From the IMG/VR virus record IMGVR_UViG_3300028888_000052: a stretch of DNA of 64,000 bases; one strand, given 5' to 3'. Below are positions 30,568 through 40,224 of the stretch, piece after piece. The stretch comes from a virus (Duplodnaviria; Caudoviricetes). Position numbers and translations under genes: made by a program. Numbering within the stretch: the first letter of the stretch is position 1; the number at the start of each line of letters is the position of its first letter. The notes under the pieces were generated by a model that saw only the letters and a list, made by a program, of their open reading frames with translations, made no database searches and was not told the DNA's origin.

Positions 30568-31368
30568 TTACCATTCTAAAATATTCCAATTAACTGATCC
30601 ACCAATAAAGAAATATCTTTTCTTTTCGTTAAAATCTTGTTCTACATATAATTGAGGACCAATTGAGAATTTTCTAATGTTATAGTTTAGACCTAAACCT
30701 ACATCTAAATATTTGAAATTATCTGTAGGACTATAATTATAATTTCCAAATATTCCTAAAGACCAATGTTTTTGTCTTTCTTTAGGTAAAGTAAAACCTG
30801 ATATTTCGGAATATTTTACATAAGGATTTGTAGACTTTACATAAATTCTTGAGTCTTTATCCATAACAACAGTATAATCGAAATAAACAATATCTTTTGA
30901 GATATGAACTCCTAAACTATCATTATGATAAGCTACATTTCCTTCGAGAGTACGATACTTATTGTTAAATTCAAAATTCTTGTCAAAACCTTTTCCTATT
31001 GTATCTGGTTTAACAATATATGAAGTATCTTGTGAGGGATTTTCTATAGCACCACCAACTTCTATAATTTGTGTAACCACTTTAGGGTTAAGTTTCATAC
31101 TATCTATTTGGTCATATAAAGATCTATTTAACAATTTTAATGTCTTTATATCGGATTCAAATGCAAGCTTGGTAGCAACTAAATTTCCATTTTTGTCTTG
31201 ATAATACTTAATTGTATCATTCAAGGCCTCTATGTTATGTCTATATTCCTTGCTTGTATCTGAACATCTACTAACCGAAATAGATAAAGAAAACATTAAC
31301 AAACATATAATAAGAATATATATTACATGTGTTTTAAATTTTTTCCATAGTTGGTTAAGTAATTCCAT
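30568..31368 (-). CDS. Lysis-associated envelope protein, candidate spanin
   Basis: N-terminal TM, coiled coil, C-terminal amphipathic beta strands ending in Trp; next to the endolysin. Confidence 0.55.
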   Translation of the reverse strand: MELLNQLWKKFKTHVIYILIICLLMFSLSISVSRCSDTSKEYRHNIEALNDTIKYYQDKNGNLVATKLAFESDIKTLKLLNRSLYDQIDSMKLNPKVVTQIIEVGGAIENPSQDTSYIVKPDTIGKGFDKNFEFNNKYRTLEGNVAYHNDSLGVHISKDIVYFDYTVVMDKDSRIYVKSTNPYVKYSEISGFTLPKERQKHWSLGIFGNYNYSPTDNFKYLDVGLGLNYNIRKFSIGPQLYVEQDFNEKKRYFFIGGSVNWNILEW

Positions 31369-31387
31369 TCATACATTTAAATATTTT

Positions 31388-32035
31388 TTAGAACTTCTTA
31401 TATTCTTCTTGTAAATTATAAATATTAGTAGTTCTTTTAATTTGATTATATGCCGTTCTCAATTCTATTTCGTATCTAGGATTTCCTGCATAACGTCCAC
31501 CTGTACCAGTAACATATTTTGTCATAAGGTGTTGTTCTGTTCTTCCTTTTACTAAATAGTATTTTTTCAATACTTCACAGTAATGATTGATGGCTAATTC
31601 ATAATTAGAGTAATGTCTTTTTATTACACCAAACATTGAACGTCTTGCCGACTCACGACCAGCACCTGTTGTACCATAACAAGTCTCAATTTGGGTTTGA
31701 GCCATCATAAAGCATATATCAATATTGTTCTCAAGTCCGGCTTGTACTAAATACTTTGGAATGAATTCATGTGAAGATGGTGCTTGTCTTTTAATATACT
31801 TACTTACTTCTCCGATCAATTCATTTTGTATACTATCCTTTAATTGAATTGTATCTATTTTTGTTATATGTTGAGGTGATACATATTCAATAGATGGAGT
31901 AGATTTATGTTTTATTGATGTTGCTCCACATGTTATAAAGTAAAGACTACCAAATAAAAACATTAATACAATTATACTTGAGATAATTTTTGTAATTGTG
32001 ATTCTCTTGAATCTTGTGAATTTAGTTTGTTCCAT
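31388..32035 (-). CDS. Membrane-anchored glucosaminidase/lysozyme-like cell-wall hydrolase
   Basis: N-terminal TM; MAQTQIETCYG catalytic Glu motif; RYAGNPRY motif typical of GH73. Confidence 0.7.
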   Translation of the reverse strand: MEQTKFTRFKRITITKIISSIIVLMFLFGSLYFITCGATSIKHKSTPSIEYVSPQHITKIDTIQLKDSIQNELIGEVSKYIKRQAPSSHEFIPKYLVQAGLENNIDICFMMAQTQIETCYGTTGAGRESARRSMFGVIKRHYSNYELAINHYCEVLKKYYLVKGRTEQHLMTKYVTGTGGRYAGNPRYEIELRTAYNQIKRTTNIYNLQEEYKKF

Positions 32036-32200
32036 AATTATTAGTTTATTTTTAGTTTATCGCCTTACATTTATAATCTGTCACATTATAAAGCTCGACT
32101 TAGCCAAAACTTCACTTAACATTCTGTTAGCAAAGGTCACTCATTTGACTCTTGAAAATCTAGTTGCTAAATGCAAAACACTTTTTGCATATATATAATA
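32036..32200 (-). ncRNA. Candidate structured RNA leader upstream of the hydrolase gene
   Basis: Several inverted repeats in an unusually long intergenic region richer in GC than other spacers. Confidence 0.35.
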
Positions 32201-32248
32201 ATAAATTTTATTTTTATTTAAATAGTAATATATGAAGAGGAGTTCAAA

Positions 32249-32713
32249 ATGGATAAGAGATATTCAAATAATATTAAAAATATGAAGCCTAGGAGGGATT
32301 CAAAATACCACCAAGGTTATGTCCCACAACAATTTTGCAAAAAATTATTTGGATCTACTAAAAATGAACCTATAATTTATCGTTCTGGATTAGAATATCA
32401 ATTTATTCAATTTTGTGAGAATAACCCTAAAATCAAGAAATGGGCAAGTGAGCCATTACCAATAGAATATTTCTCAAGATTAGATAATAAATTGTGTAAT
32501 TATTATCCTGATTATGTATTAGAGACTGAAGATGGGTCTCATATTATTGTTGAGATAAAACCATATAACCAAACTGTCAAACCTAAAGATAGTGATTCAA
32601 GATGGTTAAAAGAACAATGGGTGAAAAATACAGATAAATGGAAATATGCTAATGAATTTGCCCATAAACATAATGCTAAATTCATTATAATTACTGAAAA
32701 ATTTTTTAAATAA
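32249..32713 (+). CDS. Head completion nuclease (T4 gp4-like, TnsA-type PD-(D/E)xK)
   Basis: IIYRSGLE, WASEP..I.Y, YYPDY, VEIKP, N.DKW..A..F...IITE motifs. Confidence 0.88.
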   Translation: MDKRYSNNIKNMKPRRDSKYHQGYVPQQFCKKLFGSTKNEPIIYRSGLEYQFIQFCENNPKIKKWASEPLPIEYFSRLDNKLCNYYPDYVLETEDGSHIIVEIKPYNQTVKPKDSDSRWLKEQWVKNTDKWKYANEFAHKHNAKFIIITEKFFK

Positions 32714-32720
32714 ATATATT

Positions 32721-33404
32721 ATGAAAGTAGATATATCAATTTTAATTATTTTATTGAATGATACTGAATTGAATATTTACAAAAATAAAATATTCATTAA
32801 TTATTTTTGTAATTATTTAAAAGCAAATAGTATATTTGAAAATTGTGTATTTATATATAGTGGTGAAGAAAATGAAGCTTTGTTAAATGATTTAAAAATA
32901 GAAAATAAATATCATGTTTATAATATAGATAAAATATCTCATACAACAGAATATCAAGCTGTTGGTGAATATTTAGAAGAAACTAAAAATAAATGTGATT
33001 GGTTTATTAATTTAGATTTAAGTAATTATAATCCAAATACAATCTATTTATCAATATTAAACATAAATGACCATTATGATTTTATTTTCTTTAAGCATGA
33101 AATAATAGATTTATCTAAATATGAATTAAATTCTGATAATAAGAGAAAATATGAATTCTTATATGAAGATAAAAATAAAATGACTATCAATACTTCTTTA
33201 TTTATTACTAAATCTTCATTTTTCAAAGAATGTTATTATAAAGCAAAAAATGATCCTTTTTTATTCAGTGCCTATTTTTGGAAAGGGAAATATAAAGTAT
33301 TAGAAGATAATGGGTCATTTAGTATTCATCTTGCTAATAAACAACAAGTTGATAACTTCTTTCAATTTTTAGTGCAAATACAAAATCAACAATATAATTT
33401 ATGA
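32721..33404 (+). CDS. Possible degenerate nucleotidyltransferase/GT-A fold protein (NeuA-like)
   Basis: Spacing of CDWFINLD and INTSLFI resembles cytidylyltransferases, but the N-terminal PARxxSK motif is missing. Confidence 0.35.
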   Translation: MKVDISILIILLNDTELNIYKNKIFINYFCNYLKANSIFENCVFIYSGEENEALLNDLKIENKYHVYNIDKISHTTEYQAVGEYLEETKNKCDWFINLDLSNYNPNTIYLSILNINDHYDFIFFKHEIIDLSKYELNSDNKRKYEFLYEDKNKMTINTSLFITKSSFFKECYYKAKNDPFLFSAYFWKGKYKVLEDNGSFSIHLANKQQVDNFFQFLVQIQNQQYNL

Positions 33405-33739
33405 AATCAATACAAGAAATAGTTAATGAAGGAAAATCTGGTTCGTTAAAGAAACTTGATATGTTAACAATTATGGTTGCGTATCAAATGTGGAAAGAAT
33501 ATAAGTTGTATGATGAATTCTTTGGAAAATTAGATGAAGAAGAACTTCAAGACTATGATGATCTAAATAAAAGATTAGAACAACTTGATAATGATAATTC
33601 AAGAGTACGTTGGTCTTTACTTAAAGAATATTTTGAAATAATAAATAAGACAGCAGATTATGTATTAAGTTGTCCCGATGATGAATTTTCAAAATCGGAT
33701 AAACGAATTTGGAAAGAGATTAAACAATATGTATCTTAA
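33401..33739 (+). CDS. Putative internal head protein (CTS-like leader MKSIQEIVNE)
   Basis: Leader motif. Confidence 0.65.
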   Translation: MKSIQEIVNEGKSGSLKKLDMLTIMVAYQMWKEYKLYDEFFGKLDEEELQDYDDLNKRLEQLDNDNSRVRWSLLKEYFEIINKTADYVLSCPDDEFSKSDKRIWKEIKQYVS

Positions 33740-33779
33740 TGAATTTTTAGAATTCATAAATATATGTATCTTAAATAAT

Positions 33780-34268
33780 ATGAAAGGCGAGAAAACAATT
33801 TCAATTATAACTCCTGAAGTAGTACAGGAAGGTCCAATGAAAGCTTCAAAAAATATTAAATCAGTATTTTTAGCTGGTACAATAGATAATGGGGATTCAT
33901 TAAATTGGCAAGATAAAGTAATTATTGAATTGATTAACTTAGGCAAATCTTGTAAAATATATAATCCACGTAGAGAACATTGGAATCCTAATCCATCAAA
34001 AGAAGAAATGGAAGCACAAATAAAATGGGAACAAGAAAGTCTTGATAAAGCTAATATTGTTGCAATGGTTTTATTAGATGATTCAAAATCACCAATTAGT
34101 CTTCTTGAAATGGGACTTTATGCTAAATCAGGTAAATTAGTAGTATTTTGTACTCCTAATTTCTATAGATGGGATAATGTAAGATTAACTTGTGAAAAAT
34201 ATAATATAGAGTTAGTTCAAGATATTAATCCATTAGTAATTGCTAATAAAATCATATCAAAACTATAA
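33780..34268 (+). CDS. Nucleoside 2-deoxyribosyltransferase-like protein
   Basis: VFLAGTI, YNPRR, QIKWE, SPISLLEMGL motifs; start re-assigned to ATG 33780. Confidence 0.85.
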   Translation: MKGEKTISIITPEVVQEGPMKASKNIKSVFLAGTIDNGDSLNWQDKVIIELINLGKSCKIYNPRREHWNPNPSKEEMEAQIKWEQESLDKANIVAMVLLDDSKSPISLLEMGLYAKSGKLVVFCTPNFYRWDNVRLTCEKYNIELVQDINPLVIANKIISKL

Positions 34269-34978
34269 TGAAAACTTTAAAAGATACTTTATTTGAAACT
34301 TGTCAATTTTCTCAAATAGGAATTGATGAATCTATGGCTGAACCTAAATCTATATGGGCCGGTAAAGCTGAAGCTAAAATTATTCAAGATAAATTACGAA
34401 ATTTCTTGAAAGGTCAAAAAACTAAAGTTAGTTTGACCAATAAATTAGAATTAGGTAAATTTTTCAAAGCTTTTGTAGCTACTTTAACTTTTGGTAATAC
34501 AGTTAAAAATTTACAAGTTCTTAAAGAATATGGTATGGCTTCAGAACAAGGATTTGCGTCAGTAGTTCTTGGTAATAAAAAAGAATTTGAAGAAAAGAAA
34601 TGGGATACTTCATGTATTAAAAACTTTGATTTATCTGAAATGGAGAAAGAACACCAAAAATGGCAAAAATCAGATGATTATGTAAAAGGTACAGAAGTTG
34701 AAGATGCATCAGATCAAGGGGATTTAGATGATAGAATTCTTATTGTTTATGATAGATGGAATCCTGAAACTGCAGAAGAATTTGATATCGTTGGAAAACG
34801 AGGTAAATCAACAGAACATCATGTTAATATGTGCCGTGTTGAATTTGGTAAAGATTGTGATGTAAAATATTATGATTGTTATCCAATTTTAGCTAAAAAT
34901 TATTTTGGACATCTCGAAGAAATAAAGAAACGTGCTGAACTTGGTATAATGGATATGGCTGCTTATCAACAAATTTAA
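34268..34978 (+). CDS. Putative internal head protein (MKTLKDTLFE)
   Basis: Leader motif. Confidence 0.65.
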   Translation: MKTLKDTLFETCQFSQIGIDESMAEPKSIWAGKAEAKIIQDKLRNFLKGQKTKVSLTNKLELGKFFKAFVATLTFGNTVKNLQVLKEYGMASEQGFASVVLGNKKEFEEKKWDTSCIKNFDLSEMEKEHQKWQKSDDYVKGTEVEDASDQGDLDDRILIVYDRWNPETAEEFDIVGKRGKSTEHHVNMCRVEFGKDCDVKYYDCYPILAKNYFGHLEEIKKRAELGIMDMAAYQQI

Positions 34979-34988
34979 TATATATAAT

Positions 34989-35804
34989 ATGAAAAATCTA
35001 GAAGCTTATATGAAAAACCTCTATATCTCATTAGAAGGTATAGATGAAGAACTTAAAGATAAGATTAAAAATCTTGAAGGATATGAAATAAATGAATGTT
35101 GTGGTTGTGGATGTTGTTGTGAAGACCCATGCCCATGTGAACCTGAATGTAATAAAACTTGTGCAACTGGTTTATCTGGAAGTACAATAACACCACCAAT
35201 TAATCAATTTGGTAGATTTAATTCAGAACAAGAAATAATTAGTTTATTAGATACAGCACCAAAAGTACTTGATCTTGTTGATATACATAGTCAATTTGCA
35301 AGATTCTTACATGTTGAAGATGTCAATAAAGGATATGTTGAACCTCTTTATTTTGGTAACAAAGAAAATGCTTTGATGGGCACTGGTGATTTAGGAGTAG
35401 TTCGTCAAAATGGTGATATGCCAGCACAAGAAGCTAATCCTGAATCTATTGAACAACTTTATGATGTTGCTACTTACCAAAATAAGAAAATATATAAAGC
35501 TGTTAATGATATTGTAAGTACATTTGAATTGAAATGTCCTGTTGTTGAAACAAAAATAAATGGTGAAGTCCAAGTTTATGCTATTAAACATACAGGTTCA
35601 AATGGTAAAGAAGGTAACATTAAAACATCATTAGAAGAAATAGCTAAAGTTCTTGGTAAATTAGAATCTAGAGCTGATGTTAAATGGGCACAAGTATTAG
35701 ATGTTTCTATTGATAATATTGACGACCTTTATGCATTTGTAATTACTTTTACATTCAATATTGATAAAGTAAGAGAACAAATAAAAGCAAATGAAATTAA
35801 ATAA
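34989..35804 (+). CDS. Hypothetical protein with Cys-rich segment and CTS-like leader variant
   Basis: MKNLYISLE; CCGCGCCCEDPCPCEPECNKTC. Confidence 0.7.
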   Translation: MKNLEAYMKNLYISLEGIDEELKDKIKNLEGYEINECCGCGCCCEDPCPCEPECNKTCATGLSGSTITPPINQFGRFNSEQEIISLLDTAPKVLDLVDIHSQFARFLHVEDVNKGYVEPLYFGNKENALMGTGDLGVVRQNGDMPAQEANPESIEQLYDVATYQNKKIYKAVNDIVSTFELKCPVVETKINGEVQVYAIKHTGSNGKEGNIKTSLEEIAKVLGKLESRADVKWAQVLDVSIDNIDDLYAFVITFTFNIDKVREQIKANEIK

Positions 35805-35830
35805 TATATAAAAATTACTATATTATAAAT

Positions 35831-36154
35831 ATGAAAAGCATTTTAAGTAAAATTAATGAAGGTAAATATTGCCGACTTTTTTCTGAAATCCAAAATGAAG
35901 TAGATAATAAAAAAGGTGAATATCATTCATATGATTTTTCAGATGGTCAGAAAAAATATAAGAAAGGATTCTTGACATTTAATGAACAAGATGGATTCTT
36001 TGGTATTGTTGGATTTAATAATGCTAAAGAGTTTGCTGAAATGATGAATGCTGATGAAGATGCATATAAACAATATGATAATATAAAAGTTGGTGGTTGC
36101 ATTGATTGGGGTGAGCAAAATGGAACTACTTCACAAATATTAAGAATTTGGTAA
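35831..36154 (+). CDS. Putative internal head protein (MKSILSKINE)
   Basis: Leader motif. Confidence 0.65.
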   Translation: MKSILSKINEGKYCRLFSEIQNEVDNKKGEYHSYDFSDGQKKYKKGFLTFNEQDGFFGIVGFNNAKEFAEMMNADEDAYKQYDNIKVGGCIDWGEQNGTTSQILRIW

Positions 36155-36157
36155 TAT

Positions 36158-36592
36158 ATGAAAAATTTAAAAGAAAAAATATTTGAATCGTCATTTTCGT
36201 TTTCAGAGACTGAATTTGATAAATCTATAAAAGCTCCTGAAAAGAAAAAGGTTCAGAATGCTATATATAAACAATTAGAGAAGACAAATACAACAGGTCA
36301 TTATTATCATGATGAATCTTGGGAAGGCGTCAAATTAGTCAGAAAAGATATTGAAGATGCATTCAAGACTATAAAGAATCCTGAGCACGAATATGAAGTA
36401 TCTATCGCTCCTGATGAAGGTGGATATCGCACATCAAAAGATGGTATGTCTCAATGGAAACAATATAAAGTTGAGATATTTGTTAAAGGAACTGAGCAAC
36501 CATTTATGGGAGGTACTTTGAACTGTCATGCTGCAGGTACGGTTGATGACCCATTTGATACATATGATATGAGTTGTTGCATAGGTTATTAA
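36158..36592 (+). CDS. Putative internal head protein (MKNLKEKIFE)
   Basis: Leader motif. Confidence 0.65.
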   Translation: MKNLKEKIFESSFSFSETEFDKSIKAPEKKKVQNAIYKQLEKTNTTGHYYHDESWEGVKLVRKDIEDAFKTIKNPEHEYEVSIAPDEGGYRTSKDGMSQWKQYKVEIFVKGTEQPFMGGTLNCHAAGTVDDPFDTYDMSCCIGY

Positions 36593-36610
36593 AATTATAT
36601 AAATAAAGTA

Positions 36611-37387
36611 ATGAAAACTTTAAAAGATCAAATAGTTGAATCTTCATTGATTGAAGAATGTTTAAAAGCTATTAATGAAGGAAAAGACCCTATTAAGCTT
36701 CCATATACATTTGATATTTATAATGAAGGTCCTAAAAACAAAGACTATAAAATAACTAAGTCAAATATTTATAAGATTTTCTTTAGTATAGGTAAATCAG
36801 AAGAATTCAATAAAGAAGATGGTACAAAAGTAGTTAAGTTTGCTGAAAGTCATTCACAAATGATTAGACTTCCTTTACCAGCTGATAGAATTACTTATAA
36901 AGAAGTACCTAACAAAGAAAATACTAAGAATTGGACTGTAGTTCCTGAAATCCGTGAATATACTTGGGCTGGTGCTTGGTATTCTGATAAATTTGTAGAA
37001 TATAACTATAATAAATATAATAATGACTGGAATGAGTGGTTTAAAATGATTAAACCATTTATGAAAGGAAAATTATCGGTTACATTATCAGAAACAGGTG
37101 AAAAGGATCATATTGATTGGAAAATATTAGGTATTACTGTTAATAATGAACAATTCAATAAAGAGCGTGAAGAAAAAATAAAAGAATTGAAAGATCCTAA
37201 ACATCTCGAAGAATGGGCACAAGAAGCGGATGCTAAAGAAAAAGCCGAAATCAAGAAACGTGAAGAAGAGGAAGCAAAAAAGAAGAAAGCTGCCGAAGAA
37301 TGGAAAAAATGGTGGGATTCTTTATCAGATGATGAAAAACTTTCTTGGTCTATGGGATATGGTCAAGGTAAATATCAAGGAGATTAA
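36611..37387 (+). CDS. Putative internal head protein (MKTLKDQIVE)
   Basis: Leader motif plus further LIEE/AINE sites. Confidence 0.65.
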   Translation: MKTLKDQIVESSLIEECLKAINEGKDPIKLPYTFDIYNEGPKNKDYKITKSNIYKIFFSIGKSEEFNKEDGTKVVKFAESHSQMIRLPLPADRITYKEVPNKENTKNWTVVPEIREYTWAGAWYSDKFVEYNYNKYNNDWNEWFKMIKPFMKGKLSVTLSETGEKDHIDWKILGITVNNEQFNKEREEKIKELKDPKHLEEWAQEADAKEKAEIKKREEEEAKKKKAAEEWKKWWDSLSDDEKLSWSMGYGQGKYQGD

Positions 37388-37404
37388 ATATATAATTATT
37401 TATT

Positions 37405-37656
37405 ATGAAAAATATAAAAGAAGTAATTAATGAAACTCTTGAAGGAAATTATGATTATGAAAAAGACTTAAAAACTCCTGAAGGAAAATTAGGAACTGCC
37501 AGAAATAATATTGAACATGAATTAGGTGGTCAAAGATTTTTATTTGAAATATGGGAATGGGTTGATAAAAATGGAAGTAAAGAACTCCAAAAAGAACTTA
37601 TTCAATGTATTAAAGATATTGCAAAAGCAGAAAAAATTAAAATACCTAAAATATGA
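37405..37656 (+). CDS. Putative internal head protein (MKNIKEVINE)
   Basis: Leader motif. Confidence 0.65.
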   Translation: MKNIKEVINETLEGNYDYEKDLKTPEGKLGTARNNIEHELGGQRFLFEIWEWVDKNGSKELQKELIQCIKDIAKAEKIKIPKI

Positions 37657-38123
37657 AAGATATAACATCTTTTATAAATGAGAATAAAGAAATAAAACAC
37701 TATGTTGATGGTATATTAGTCAACAAAGATACTGATGAAATCCTATTACTTCAAAGGGCTGGTTATATCAAGCCCTTTGGAGGTAAATGGGGGTTTGTAG
37801 GTGGGTCAATTGATAAAAATGATAAATCATCAAAAGATGCTTTAATTAGAGAAATTAAAGAAGAGACGGGAATAAAACTATCTTTTAATGAAGAACGTTC
37901 TATGAAGCCTTTTGGAAAACAAGAGCATATGGGAGGTTCAAATGACGAAGAAGTAGTTTCAGATACTGAATATTTTATCATTGAAATGGAAACTAAACCA
38001 GAAGTTAAATTATCAAGAGAGCATTCAAGATATAAATGGTTTGATGAGGAATCTATTAAAGAAAAACAAGGTAAATGTGTTCCTGATGTTTTCCATTATA
38101 TACAAAAATATTATGATAAATAA
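37653..38123 (+). CDS. NUDIX hydrolase with CTS-like leader (MKDITSFINE)
   Basis: WGFVGG...ALIREIKEETGI Nudix box; LSREHSRYKW. Confidence 0.9.
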   Translation: MKDITSFINENKEIKHYVDGILVNKDTDEILLLQRAGYIKPFGGKWGFVGGSIDKNDKSSKDALIREIKEETGIKLSFNEERSMKPFGKQEHMGGSNDEEVVSDTEYFIIEMETKPEVKLSREHSRYKWFDEESIKEKQGKCVPDVFHYIQKYYDK

Positions 38124-38788
38124 TGCCTTTAATTCATAAACCAGAACAAACAACATTAGGACATGTATTTACTCTTAAAGATTTAGATAGAAAGATATAC
38201 TCAGAAGATGAGATAAAATATTTTAAAATATTAAATGCTATTAATGAACATCCTTTAGCAAAAAGACCTACATCTATTCGTTCAAAATTAGCATATAAAG
38301 AATTATTGTCTCTTACAAAACCAACTAAAAAATATCTTCTTCCAGGACAAATAGTATTATTCCATTATTCAGAACCTAAGTTTAAAGAAGAATTAGCATA
38401 TTATGATGCTTCACCATTAACATTATTTTGTGGCATTACAAGAACAGATGATGGTAATATTCGTGAAGTAGGTGTTAATCTTCATTATTATCCACCTTTT
38501 ACTCGTACAAGAATTATTACAGAAATATATCAACATTTCAAACCTTATTTTGATAAAAACTTTAATGAAGTATCAGGTAAACCTAACACTTGGATTTCAT
38601 ATAAAGCTATAAAGCATCTTACAAAAGCTAATCAAAAATTAGGATTTGGAATTAAGATGTATATTCCTGTATTACGTGGGGCATCTTATGTATTACCAAC
38701 TAGATTAGTTCCAACAGCTTGTTTTACTGAAGGTCACTTCTCTAAAGCAACATTACAACAAATATTCCATTTCTGGAGACAATTCTAG
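38123..38788 (+). CDS. DNA end protector protein (T4 gp2-like)
   Basis: PGQIVLFHY.P.FKEELAYYDASPL, GVNLHYYPP..R motifs. Confidence 0.8.
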   Translation: MPLIHKPEQTTLGHVFTLKDLDRKIYSEDEIKYFKILNAINEHPLAKRPTSIRSKLAYKELLSLTKPTKKYLLPGQIVLFHYSEPKFKEELAYYDASPLTLFCGITRTDDGNIREVGVNLHYYPPFTRTRIITEIYQHFKPYFDKNFNEVSGKPNTWISYKAIKHLTKANQKLGFGIKMYIPVLRGASYVLPTRLVPTACFTEGHFSKATLQQIFHFWRQF

Positions 38789-38830
38789 TAAAAGAATTAT
38801 TTTTATATATAAATTGAAATAAATAAAGAT

Positions 38831-39847
38831 ATGAGAAATTTTACACAATTATTTGAATCAGCTAAGACAACTGATAAACAACCAGGAAATGATTTGCAAA
38901 ATACTGGTGTAACTAACCATTATACACCAATAGAAAATGTATTAACAAATATTAAAAATCTTTTCTGTAGTAGATTAGGAGTAGTTGCTTCAATTGGTGA
39001 AGATAATGTTTCAATTAAATTACAAAGTACAAAATTTGTAGATGAACAATCAATTAATGCTGTATTATATGAACAATTAGATAGATTTACTAATTTGGCA
39101 AATTATATAATGCAACAAGGTTTAGATAAGATGACTAAAATAAATCTTGGTATGTATTATGTTGTATATTTTTCACCAAGTGATGTAAAAACTGCTAAAG
39201 ACCCTCAAACTATGGAGCCAAATGCTATTTTAGTTCCTAAAGAAGTTAAAGAATCTATATTAGATGAATTTGAATTCACCACAATAATTAAAGAAGATGA
39301 TGCAGAAGAAGAAATAAAGGATGTTACTTTAGAAAAAGTTCTTGAACTTGTTGATTCAAAAGATAAAGTTAAAGCCGCTAAACAATTAGAATTATTAGTT
39401 GCTCAAGAAATTGAATTACCAAGAGAATTTTATTTTGCCGGCATTAAATTCAAGAATGGTGAAGAAGCTATAGCACTTCGTTGGAAATATACTAAGAAGC
39501 TTCCAACCGGACAATCAACTGAATCTGTACGTTCTATTATGCACATATTTGGTAAAGGAGATAAAGCTATTTGGGTACAAGATTTTGATAAAGAATCTAT
39601 TGTTCAATTACCAGAAGAAGTTAAGAAACTTATTGAATCAATACTTGATATGTTAGAAGCAGACAAGACTGATGATCCAGCTATCTTCAAACTTACAGGT
39701 GAACGTAAAGAACGTGAAGATAATAAGGATAAAAATGAGGAAGATAAAGATAAAGACTCCAAAGATGAAGATTCAAAAGATAAAAACTCAAACAACGATG
39801 ATGATGAGGATGATGATTCAAGAGGAGACAATTCAGATGATGTATAA
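38831..39847 (+). CDS. Putative internal head/scaffold-like protein (MRNFTQLFE) with acidic tail
   Basis: Leader variant, internal VKE/IKE sites, D/K-rich C-terminus. Confidence 0.6.
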   Translation: MRNFTQLFESAKTTDKQPGNDLQNTGVTNHYTPIENVLTNIKNLFCSRLGVVASIGEDNVSIKLQSTKFVDEQSINAVLYEQLDRFTNLANYIMQQGLDKMTKINLGMYYVVYFSPSDVKTAKDPQTMEPNAILVPKEVKESILDEFEFTTIIKEDDAEEEIKDVTLEKVLELVDSKDKVKAAKQLELLVAQEIELPREFYFAGIKFKNGEEAIALRWKYTKKLPTGQSTESVRSIMHIFGKGDKAIWVQDFDKESIVQLPEEVKKLIESILDMLEADKTDDPAIFKLTGERKEREDNKDKNEEDKDKDSKDEDSKDKNSNNDDDEDDDSRGDNSDDV

Positions 39848-39852
39848 ATAAT

Positions 39853-40212
39853 ATGAAAAATATAAAAGATTATATCATTGAAGGTAGAACAATTGATACT
39901 GTTAAAATAAAGACTAAGAAAGGTAAAGAATTAGAACCAGTATGGTATGCTTATGATGAAGAATCATTAGATAATTTATTGAAAAAAGTAAAGTATACAA
40001 GTCAATATTGGATAGATAAAGGTATTTATCTTTCAACATTAAAGAATAAATCTTCTTGGGAAGTTGATACGGATGAAGAATATAAATTCCATATTTATCA
40101 ACCAGGAGCAGATTTCTTCTATTGTGATGATAATGGAGAATCATATACAAGACAAGAGATTTTAGATTTGTTTAATAAAGAAGAAACAATGATAGTTGTA
40201 TTAAATAAATAA
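39853..40212 (+). CDS. Putative internal head protein (MKNIKDYIIE)
   Basis: Leader motif. Confidence 0.65.
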   Translation: MKNIKDYIIEGRTIDTVKIKTKKGKELEPVWYAYDEESLDNLLKKVKYTSQYWIDKGIYLSTLKNKSSWEVDTDEEYKFHIYQPGADFFYCDDNGESYTRQEILDLFNKEETMIVVLNK

Positions 40213-40224
40213 ATTAAATATATA

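Noticed and set aside
30039-32035. Holin in the lysis module
   Set aside because: No small multi-TM ORF there; the membrane ORFs at 20561 and 24111 lie in an early/middle operon
32249-32713. Tn7 TnsA transposase or mobile element
   Set aside because: Motifs and size fit T4 gp4 head completion nuclease; no TnsB/TnsC or terminal repeats
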